A stretch of 64,000 bases of DNA from Felis catus (Eukaryota). The notes under the pieces were generated by a model. That model was given only the letters and a program-made list of their open reading frames with translations. It was not told the origin of the DNA and searched no databases. The stretch is taken from contig NC_058383.1 of assembly GCF_018350175.1 (NCBI RefSeq), forward strand, positions 27,530,001-27,594,000. The letters run 5' to 3'. Made by a program: the position numbers and the translations under genes. Each line of letters opens with the position of its first letter. Positions within the stretch are counted from its first letter, which is position 1. Shown one piece after another: positions 25,306 through 35,302 of this stretch.

Positions 25306-25515
25306 GATTAAAATGTCAAGACCAGATGAAAAATACACATTTTCAGGGAAGAGAAATGCACTAGGTGTCCCAAATAGCAGAGAAGAATGAAACATGCTCC
25401 CAAGAGGTTGGAACTTACAGCCTGGGTGGTTCCCACAGGGGAATTTCTTTGAGATCTCATTTATCCTAAAAATGATGTAATTGTGGATTCCACTTAATAA
25501 TAAGCATTATATAAC

Positions 25516-25516
<1 letters not shown>

Positions 25517-25562
<46 letters not shown>
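25517..25562 (+). repeat. (GT)23 microsatellite
   Basis: Direct reading. Confidence 0.99.
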
Positions 25563-25564
<2 letters not shown>

Positions 25565-25896
25565 ATACCCCAGATATTAGTTGATTCCAGAATATCTGTT
25601 CATTTCCTACAACAGCCCATGCTCTAGCCAGTGGACTTACATAAACTGTCCAGAATTTCGGAAAAACCTGGTGGGGTAGGCGTGAGTGCTCATATCCTTA
25701 GGTTCACCTCTGGGCCTTAAATTGTTTCTCCCACCACACTTGTCTCAGGATCCTTTGATCATCCCATGGATATCATCTCTACATTTTGATGCACATACAG
25801 TGATCGATACTTGATTGCCACTAAAATTCACTCCCATAGGCACACGCTAATGGTGATCATTTGGGGACAACAAGGGACGAATGCATGCAGGAGGGG

Positions 25897-26803
25897 CAGT
25901 GATGTGCTGGCCCTGTCTCACACAGCCTTGTGAGAGCCAGCTATTAAAGTTTCAGGGGTTTTGCAATCTGGTGGTTAAACACAGCCGTTATTAAATATTA
26001 AGTAATACAAACACAATTAAATAAACCATATGATTAATAAAGGTAATAAATATTAAAAACGTTACTTACTACTATTTCACTACGTTTTATTATCTGTGCT
26101 GTTGGAGTTATTCGCCTACTATATTTGTGTGGCAGAAATACCATAAAAATGGGCTGGTAGTGCATTTCTTCCCAATTCTGTGTTTACTGATTTCACACTG
26201 ATAAAATGAATTGGCTGTGAGAGGAGTATTTATACCACCTAAAGCAGCAAAGGCTACAAATCAAGGCCTGATTTATTGTTTTGTTAATTATCTGGACTTT
26301 AAACATAATGGAAAATATGTTAATAATGCCAATTAAATTTCAGGGTGTCATATGTGTGACGAACACAAAAAGTTGAAGAAATTTTTTTTCAGTGTTTGAA
26401 AATCGCTACCCAGTTCAGCAAAAGAGTCCCTCACATCACTGACAAATGAAGTTCTGACTTGCCTGTCTCCCTTGTTTCTCTTCCATCTTATTCAACAACA
26501 TAAATGAAAATATCAGCCAACATTCATGTCAGAACTACACTCGTAATCAACTATTTATTTAGAGCCCGATTTTGTCAAATCATGGTTGAATTGCAAGCAC
26601 AGATCAGCTATAGATACAGAAATTCTGCAAAATTCAAGGAAGCATTTTGTGGGAATCAATCAGCTATATGGGAAAGAATAGTGTATACTTTGCTATCATT
26701 GTAAATTGTATGCTACATATTCTTCTGTATCAGTAAAATTTAAAATATACTTATATATGGTTCCCAGAGACCTAGTTGTTAAACATTCACCAGCCTACCA
26801 CTA
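25897..26803 (+). mobile_element. MER63 (C/D-like) hAT-Blackjack DNA transposon, full-length non-autonomous
   Basis: Inverted termini cagtgatgtgctgg / ccagcctaccacta; 8-bp TSD aggagggg/agaagggg; internal ggagtatttatacca..gctacaaatcaagg. Confidence 0.85.
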
Positions 26804-26820
26804 AGAAGGGGTTTATATAT

Positions 26821-26979
26821 GGGCGCCTGGGTGGCTCAGTCAGGTGAGAGTCCAGCTCTTGGTCTTGGCTCAGATCATGATCTCACGGTTGTGGGATCAA
26901 GCCCCACATTGAACTCCACACTGAGTCCGGAGCCTGCTTGGGATTCTCTCACTCCCTCTCTCTCTCTGCCCCTCCCCCA

Positions 26980-27031
<52 letters not shown>

Positions 27032-27058
27032 ATAAATAAATAATAAAAACATTTAAAA
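26821..27058 (+). mobile_element. CanSINE with expanded (CT)n
   Basis: gggcgcctgggtggctcagtcagg head; TSD ggggtttatat at 26808-26818 and 27061-27071. Confidence 0.95.
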
Positions 27059-27100
27059 AAGGGGTTTATATCATAACCCTAAACACAATTGAACAGTAAA

Positions 27101-27142
<42 letters not shown>
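27101..27142 (+). repeat. (TATC)n tetranucleotide microsatellite
   Basis: Direct reading, about 10 units. Confidence 0.97.
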
Positions 27143-27254
27143 CACTTCCTCCCTTCAGAATGGGTAATTCTTCTCCCTACTTCTCTATCTGTGCAAAATG
27201 AAATGATTTTCTAAATCTCCTACAAACCTATTCAATCATCTCTTTCGCTGGAGT

Positions 27255-27845
27255 ATTGAACATTTGTGGGTTACCACCCAAACATCCTTGTCCCTTTCTC
27301 CCATAAATAGCATCTCAGAGGAATGCCCCTCTCCCTCCTTCTCAGTTTTATTGTTTGGGTAGAATTAACTGCCCAAACTACAGCAGTTGGCTGTGTTTGG
27401 CTTAAGCTAATCAGTGAGTCCTAGCTTCCTGGACAGAGTGATTGGTTCAGAGTTGAACACAAGACCCAATTTCGGCCAATGAGAGAGAGGTAATCCCAGG
27501 ACTTAAGGAGGAGATGGCAGAAAAGATATGCTCCTTTCCTCTGGACAATGTATTTACTGCAAGATGAGAACTACTTCGGCCATTTTATCATCACAGGGAG
27601 AGAGGTCAGAGCCGGGGAAAGAGAAACTACCAGACCCGAAGATGAAGACAAACAAAATAGAAAGCAAAGAGGATACATAATACCTGGGTCCTTAATACAA
27701 TCATTTGAGCTACTAGACGAAGCCCTATCTAAAACCAGATCTTCCTGCTTTTTAGTTACAAGAACTAAGAAATTCCTTTTGTTTCTGAGGCCAATTTGTG
27801 TTGATTTTTCTGTCACTTTAAACCAAATATATCCTTAACTTCTAT
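27255..27845 (+). mobile_element. MLT1K/L-like LTR
   Basis: agtgattggttcag..gacccaa..ggccaatgaga; 3' end aggccaatttg..ttttctgtcactt..atccttaact. Confidence 0.7.
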
Positions 27846-28250
27846 TATATGTTTTGGCTCCTTATGTCAGGGGCCTCACTTTCTACCCCAAGGCCCCTTG
27901 GTAAACACAGGTATTTACTTTCCTAACAGAAACTCTCTTGAAGCTATTAAGATTAAAAAAATTAACTTCACCACATAAAGGTAGTGTTTGTAATAATTTG
28001 CAGTCACGCCAAAAGAACATTCTAGAAAGTTGCACCATAGTTATTCCACAGCTTCTGAGTCCTTGCTAGCAGAATCCTGTACTTCAGTATAGGATACTGC
28101 AGTACTGCGTACTTCAGATTTAGAAGCCTCACACTACAGCATGAAGCCACGACTTGCATTTCAGAAAATCAACCCTTGGTTGACTATTCACATGTTGTAT
28201 GCTAATCACAAAGTAGGACGTGGAGAGTTTTAAGTCGAATGCAGTAATAT

Positions 28251-28379
28251 GAAGGAGGTGAAGAAGAAGGAGGGGGAGGAGGAGGAGGAGAGGAGGAGGA
28301 GGACGAGAAGCAGGAGGGGAGGAGGAAGGGGAGGAGGAAAGGGAGGAGGAAGGGGAGGAGGAGGAGGGGAGGAGGAGAA
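28251..28379 (+). repeat. (GGA)n-like polypurine low-complexity tract
   Basis: Direct reading; sits at the tail end of a MIR. Confidence 0.95.
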
Positions 28380-28575
28380 TAGTAATGGCAAAAACCTATG
28401 TAGTGCTTGCTATGCGCCAAGCTCTGTGTTAAGTGTTTTCCATAGATTAATCCTCACTGCCATCCTAGGAGATTGGCATCGGCCTCCCCCATTTATAGGT
28501 AAAGAAAGAGAAATGCTTGTGGAAGGTGACGCACATTTGTTCCTGAGTCTGTGCTCTAGCCAGTTGTATTGCCTC
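28380..28575 (-). mobile_element. MIR SINE
   Basis: agtgcttgctatgcgccaagctctgtgttaagtg..taatcctcac..ccccatttataggtaaagaaa. Confidence 0.75.
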
Positions 28576-29004
28576 TCCACTCTGTGCTTGGGAGAAAACC
28601 GAGGGGAAATGGACATGTATCTGGATCTCAGTCACAGGAACAGGTGAGCTCAGGTACAGATCCACCTCTGAGGCTTTCAGAACGGCTGCACAGTCCCAGC
28701 ATCCTCAACAGATGCCTAACCAGTGCGAGCAAAAAGACCAAATGCAATTCATGACTGAAGAGGAAAGGAGGCAAAATCAGAGGGGTAGCCAAGGGCACAA
28801 TTTCAGTGGAGCAAGATAAGGCCATCCACAGCCAAGGATCAGAAGTCAGAAAGATGTGGAACATGCCAGCAAGTGGAGTGAGCAGGTTGAGGACGCTGAT
28901 TCAGAATGGAGATCACACACAATGAGAGGGTATCAAAGGATGACTTCAGGTATCACAGTAGGAAAAGTGCAATGGTTGAAGGCCATGTGCTTAGACACGG
29001 GTTT

Positions 29005-29440
29005 AGCACCAGACAGTTATCGCCACAATAATGTTACGTCACAAACCGTGCCAAAACTCAGTCACATATGACAACAAGCATTTATTTCTGGTTCACAGGT
29101 TTGTGGGCCAGCTGGGGTTCAGCTGATCTAAGTTATGCTTTGCTCCAAGCTGCAAGGTGAATTCAGGTTATTAACCACATGTCTCTTATCCTCGTTGGAC
29201 CAACAGACACGTCAGGGCAGGTTTATGCCACAGCGATGACGAAAGCGTAAGACAGTAAACCCACTCAGACAAGCACATATCAAGTCTCCATTCATCCTAT
29301 CCATTGGCCAAGGCAACTCACGTGGCCCAAAGACAGAGGGTAGGGGAACACTGCTCACCGTGTGACTATGGCAAGGGGGTGGGTGCCTAATACCATTCTA
29401 GGGGAGGGAATAATTAAGACCAATAATCACATCTACTACA
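29005..29440 (-). mobile_element. MLT1G/H/I-like LTR
   Basis: aaactcagt..acaacaagcatttatt..tcagctgatct..ccattggccaaggcaactcacgtggcc..atctactaca. Confidence 0.75.
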
Positions 29441-29659
29441 AACCCCAAAGATCAATTAATTGTGTTTGCTTTATAGGATATAGGGATCTGCCCTGAAGAG
29501 TGAAGTAAGGTATGAGATAGTGCCCTTGGCATTAAAGAAGGAAAATGGGGAAGAGCCCAAGGAGGTGACCAGGCATATGAGAGACTACTGGAGGCGAATG
29601 GGGGTGGGGTGCTTTTCCCAGGCCTTGATGAACGTAGGCAGACAAGACAGGCCACAGCT

Positions 29660-29830
29660 CAGTGGGAAGACTCACACCAGGCTCATCTATCAAAACTTCA
29701 CTTCCGGCACCAATTAAATCGGGATCTCTGGGTAAGGAGAATGCCTGGACATTGTTTGCTTGTTTTCGTTTGTTTCTTTTTTAAGACCTTCAGTTGTTTC
29801 TAATGTGTAGCCAGGTGTAAAAATCACTAC
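29660..29830. mobile_element. MER5-like fragment
   Basis: aattaaatcgggatctctggg..tctaatgtgtagccaggtgtaaaaatcact. Confidence 0.5.
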
Positions 29831-30439
29831 TTCAAAGCCTCCAGTTTAATCAGCACTGTGCTGTATTGGTCTGGTGATTCGTCTTACAAAATTCATGGTG
29901 AAAATATAAAATAGGTACATGTTCATTCTGTGCTCAGTTTTGAAACACATAACTTTTTCTGAAGAGCAGAGCATCATTTTTCTTTGTTCTGAAACTTGTG
30001 CCCCCGTCTTCTGCCAAAAGCCAGGTGGAGGCATGTCTCCTCAATCAACATTAATAATAAGGAATTTATGGTGACGGCCACGATGATGATAAAAATGTCA
30101 GGACGTCTTGGCCGACTACGTTCAGTCACCGAAGGTTGCAAGTTTTTCTTTCTTTTCTGCTCAGCATTGATGTGCATGAGTTGATATACACAGAGGCTTT
30201 TGTTTTATAATCGGGGAAGAGTGGGGAGGCAGTATTTGTTGGATCAAACCCCAGGGGGAGAGAGAAATCTCTTGGATCGCTCCTTCCTTGTATGTCCTGG
30301 AAGCTTACAAACTGCCTAGTCCTTACAGTTCATGGGTTCTGGGTATTCTCATAGTTATGTCACGGGCAGATGACAAAGTGTAAGGTAAGGCTGAGGAGAA
30401 GACCATTGTCCCTCCCTCTGATCTGAGCTCTCTGGAGCA

Positions 30440-30580
30440 TCCTTGGCCAGAAATGGTCATCTCCATTTCACAGTTGAGAGTATTGAGGTACAGAAAAAAT
30501 ATGGGATTTTCCCAGCATCACTCAGGAGAGAAAAGCTGAGATTTGAACTCAGGCCTTCTAAACCCCAAATCTTTGCTGAT
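30440..30580 (-). mobile_element. MIR SINE
   Basis: catctccatttcacagttgag..tgaggtacaga..gctgagatttgaactcagg. Confidence 0.75.
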
Positions 30581-32166
30581 TCTCAGACAGGAAACCATAG
30601 TATTTGAGAGGACTGGGAACAGAACTATACATATACATTTTATCTTTACTTAATAGCTCCCTGACAGTTTCTCTGGACATTTAGGGATGCCTCCTTGTTG
30701 AAAAATCTCTTCACGTTATTTCTAGGACATCAGCAAACCCTATGACTTCATTTCCCACCAACAACCCACTGCTGTGGAAAGAACATGAAAACGCTGGGTT
30801 CACTTCTGCAGGAGGCAATAGAAAGCTCTCTTTGCCAAAAAGGCTTACGTCCTTTAGTTTGCCACCGAGGAGCGGGATGGAAAAACAGGAAGCAGAGACA
30901 GCGCGCACATCACTGACCCTCTTGGTACTCCTCTTCCTTAGGGACTAGCACCTACTTGGGAATCATCTCTCTGGTCAAGAATTAACACTGAATTCATTTT
31001 CCGGCCAGGAAAATGTTAGAAATTTGCACTGAGTAGCCAGAGTAGAGAATTTACTTCCAAAGCTGACCTCAACTTAAAAATCCCATAGCTGAGGGGCAGG
31101 GAATAATAGTCTGGTCATCTGTTTGCATTCTGCTGTGGTTTCTTTCTTATGCTCTGAGTTGGCTTGGTTACAGTTTTATGGTTTTATTTTTTCTCTAAGT
31201 CTCCCAAATGCAGCTTTGGCACACTCTCCTCTATTATAAACCTCATTTTGCCATAATCAGGGGTTAATTAGTTAGACATCCTTAGATTCCATTGCAACAC
31301 CCTGGGCAGTGAGTCTGACCAGGTGCCAAGGAAGCTGGTGGGCGGGCCACCAGTGCGGACATGCGGCTCTGGGCTACAGATGCATTTACAGTCCATTATC
31401 CTAAATTTCTTACTGCTTTTGTGAAGCACCGAGAGCAGCATGGGAGAGGGTAGAGACATTCCAGAAAGGAAAGGTGGGGGTTGGGGGAGAACGAGCTTTT
31501 CTGTGATGAAGCAAATTGTTCCACATTGGTGATTTACCCGGGAGATTATTCTGCATTATCTATTATTGGAATGGCATGTCAAAATATTTCTTTTTCTCAA
31601 ACACGTTAGAGGTTGCAAAACTCATTTCCATTGAAAATACCTGGCCATGATTTCTCAACTAAGGAAATAACCATCTCTAAAGTTATCTGTGGAAGTCAGA
31701 GAGCCAATAATGTTTGGCTACGGTGACGTTTATTTGGCTTAATGGGTTCCTTCCCGAGAATTTAATGTCTTTTCCACATGCCACAGCTACAACGGAATTG
31801 AAACTGACATCCTTCTACCCGCGGGTCCTTTCTTCTCTTTAGATTATGTGAAAAATGAGCCCAATTGCAATTCTCTTGTTATGTTCCCTCACCTAACATT
31901 GAACAAATGTCTCTTTGAGGACCTGTTGTCTGCTGAACACCCCATTTTCTTTTCCAGCGATATCACTGCTTTCTCATCTTCCCAAGTTCCTCGAAGTTTG
32001 GGGCTCTTTTTCTGCCCTGGTCTCCCCAGAGACCACCCTGAGGCACAGCCCCCAGAAACCAACTCTGGGTCCTCCTCCCCCACCTCCCCTTCCATATCGG
32101 CCCCTCTTACGGTGCATACAAGAAAAAAAAATCATACAGTTACGATTGTTTAAAAAACTAAATTCA

Positions 32167-32515
32167 GGGCACCTGGGCTCAGTCGGTCAAGCCACCAACT
32201 TTGGCTCAGGTCATGATCTCACAGTTCGTGAGTTCAAGCCCTGCTTCAGGCTCTCTGCTGTCTGCCCGGGGCCCACTTAGGATCCTTTGCTCCCTTTCTC
32301 TCTGGGGCGCCTGGGGGGCTCAGTCAGTTGAGCATCTGACTTTGGCTCATGATCTCACAGTTCATGGGTTGGAGCCCCACATCAGGCTCTGTGCTGGGGG
32401 CTCGGAGCCTGAAGCCTGCTTCGGATTCTGTGTCTCCCTCTCTCTCTGTCCCTCCCCCACTCTCACTCTGTGTGTGTGTGTCTCTCTCTCAAAAATAAAC
32501 ATTTAAAAAATTTAA
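32167..32515 (+). mobile_element. Head-to-tail CanSINE pair (tail-less 32167-32303 fused to complete 32304-32515)
   Basis: Two SINE heads (gggcacctgggctcagtcgg; ggggcgcctggggggctcagtcag) but only one A tail. Confidence 0.92.
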
Positions 32516-32929
32516 AAAACACTAATTTAATGAGCAGTTAACTATGTCTAAGGCCCTGTGTGCAATGTAAAATGTGTCGGCCAGAGTTGATGATCTACAC
32601 AGGGGCATGTACTCATATTCAGGATGAAATTCAAAATCTGCTAACAGCTATGCACGAGCACCCACAAATCAGGACATACAGTAGCTTCAATACTGAAGCA
32701 GAAGCTGCAGTAAGTAAGCTTACACCCCAAGTAAGCGGGCCGACAGCCCTCCGGTGGCTTGGTCGGAAGAAGTCATAAGCGGTGAGTGGCTGGGATTGTG
32801 CAGGCAGGGCAGGGGGCAGGGATTCAGGGCAGCCGGTACTTACCAATCAAAATGGAGGTATTTCAGAGTTTAACCAGCTTAGATAACCGTGCCAGCTGCA
32901 CACCGACCCAAAACAGCCCTGCTCAGACA

Positions 32930-33120
32930 GAATTCTGGAGCATAAGCCTGTCGTCACATCCAAAACCACTTGGGGGCACTTGTTAAAAATTCAGATTCTG
33001 GGCCTTGCATTGAGGTTCTGATTTTGTGATCTTAGGGGAAGTCTGGGAATATGTGCTTTAACAAAACTCCTCAGTGACCATGATGGGACCAGCTGATAGA
33101 CCTGGATCTGGAAATGACTG
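32930..33120. mobile_element. MER5A/B-like hAT MITE
   Basis: cttgttaaaaattcagattctgggcc..aggttctgatt..ctgggaatatgtgctttaacaa. Confidence 0.65.
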
Positions 33121-33129
33121 TCAACATGC

Positions 33130-33300
33130 CGGCCAAGAGGGTGGGCCTTGGGGTTTGGCAGTTCTGGTCCCCAACCATGGCTCTGCTACTGGCTGAAACT
33201 CTCTGAATCTCGGTTTACTCATCTGTAAAATGGTGCTCTGGAGGGTGGTCATGAGAAATAAATGGGAAATTACTTCCAAAATGCTCAGCCCAGGCATGGC
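33130..33300 (+). mobile_element. MIR SINE
   Basis: ggctctgctact..ctctctgaatctcggtttactcatctgtaaaatgg. Confidence 0.8.
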
Positions 33301-33445
33301 TCAGAAAAACAGTCATCTGTCCTCCCTTTCCCCGCCCACGCCGCATCCAAAGCACAGATGAACCTTCTGGGGTGCTTCGTAGGCATGAAAACCCCTGGGA
33401 TCACCCTCACTGTAACAAGCCAGTGTTTCTTAGTATGGAAACCTT

Positions 33446-33454
33446 CTCTTTTTT

Positions 33455-33494
<40 letters not shown>

Positions 33495-33495
33495 T
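33446..33495 (+). repeat. (TTTC)n microsatellite
   Basis: Direct reading. Confidence 0.97.
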
Positions 33496-34134
33496 CGATC
33501 TATATTTTCAACCCCCCCCCCCACACACACACATCCCATCCTTCCGCTCACTAAATTAAACAAAAAAACAAATGCTGTTCTCGTTGGAAACAGAATAAAC
33601 AGCAGTTTCACATCACAAGAGCGGGTCCTCCCTGTTTCTTCTGCCCACACAGAAGGGCAAATCCTGAACACAATTAGCATGAGAGAGGAGACCCTGGAGG
33701 CTTGGGAGCTGAAGCACAATCCCAGCACCCGCTTCCCCTGACATATTTAATCTCGATCAGATATGGATAGATGGCCACTCCCCCTACCCCCCAACCCCAA
33801 CGCGCTATGAAGAAGGAGTGAGCTAATGGATATGCAGTGCGTGTGCCCGGGAAAGCATTTTAATTAATGACACAAATCGATAGTCCCGTTGTTTGGGCGG
33901 GACGCATCAGTTTATTTTCTCCTTTAAATTTAACTTTCTTTTATTAATGGCTCTTTTACCAATTACAAAAATAGTGGGGCAACCGTGGGAAATTGGAAAA
34001 CAGAGAAAAGCATAAGGTGGTTTGAAAAACGTACTTATCCAGGCACAGTGACTATATCGCCAACAGGGTTTACCTGTTGAATCAAAAAGGTGGGCATGTC
34101 CTTACACAGCGCCTGAAGCAGAAGTGGAGGAAAC

Positions 34135-34330
34135 AGTTATCATGGAGAAGCCAAGGACATGAGCTCCCGCTTGAGTCCCAGGGGCCGCACCGTGTCTTTG
34201 GCCAGCTCACTTAACCTCTTTAAGCCTGTTTCCTCATCTGTAACACAGGGGTAATGCTATTCCCGACTACACAAGGCTCTCGTGAGGATTAAACAAAGTA
34301 AAAACATGCAAAGTTCTCAGCCTACGCAAA
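34135..34330 (+). mobile_element. MIR SINE
   Basis: tcacttaacctctttaagcctgtttcctcatctgtaacacaggggtaat..gtgaggattaaa. Confidence 0.85.
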
Positions 34331-35249
34331 CAATGGTCTATTATTTGAATGATACATTTTGATCAAGTGAGGCAAATCAGGTCAGGTAATGTCTGTGCTG
34401 ACTGTAGGCGTCGTCCATTCTGATCAGTTTGTAAATATCTGGCTGTCACCCTAGGAGTAATGACAGTTGTAGCTAACATTACTGAGCTCTTACTGCAGCC
34501 ATGCACTATTCTAAATGTATTATCTCATTTAACCCCCAAATAGCCCACTGGGATTGCGGGAGTATAAAGGAGTGTGTATTTTATTTTATTATTTTATTTT
34601 AAAACTAAATTTTGTCATGTTTATTAACAGTTCTATTATTTTTATTTTTCCATTCTCCTTACCTGACAAGTTCACCTGTCATAGGAACTGATCCCAGCTC
34701 CAGTCATGCCATCCTGAATCCAGATGTGCACACCTGGAGGTACATTTTAGTTCCTGCTGTTGCTTTGAAGGGACGGTGTCTGCAATGCAGCTTCTGATTG
34801 TTTGCTGCATGGCTAATTTTAAATATTTGTTTAATATGCAAATGATACCTCCCAGTGACAGCTTGGGGAGAACTGCAGATGTCTTTCCCTCAAAATGACA
34901 CAGCCCCGCTGCTGTTCCCACTCAGATACTGACGCCGTGTTACTTCGGTTCAGGACTCTGACTTACCCAGTGACTGCAAAAGCCCTGACTTCAAGCAAGG
35001 CCACTGCTAACGCATACACCCTTATGAGAATGAGAAAGAGGCACCCCTTCTGGAAAGACACATCAGAAGAAATTGCCATTGTCACTGCCACTACTCCCCT
35101 GGCCCCAGTAGAAAATTAGAATAAGCTCTCCCTACATTAGTGGTTGACCTAGGAAAAAGTACTCCTCTGAATGCACCCAATATTGATCAAGGACACACAA
35201 CTTGAAGACTGAAAAGTGGCTACATTTTGACCCCTACTTAATCTTCCTG

Positions 35250-35302
35250 GCCAGACATCCTTGTGCAGTGCACAACCTGCAAAACCTTATATGGCAGCCC
35301 TG
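35250..35302. mobile_element. MER91-like hAT-Tip100 terminal fragment
   Basis: ttgtgcagtgcacaacctgcaaaaccttatatggcagccctg. Confidence 0.55.

Noticed and set aside
28202..28647. Gly/Glu/Arg-rich or Pro/Ser-rich protein
   Set aside because: Translation of a GGA low-complexity tract plus MIR.
30070..30135. C/D box snoRNA (ATGATGA within a ggtgac..gtcacc stem)
   Set aside because: No canonical CTGA D box at the 3' stem and the geometry is wrong.
33262..33741. 159-aa and 147-aa overlapping ORFs
   Set aside because: Held open by the (TTTC)n repeat; begins in a MIR; no recognisable domain.
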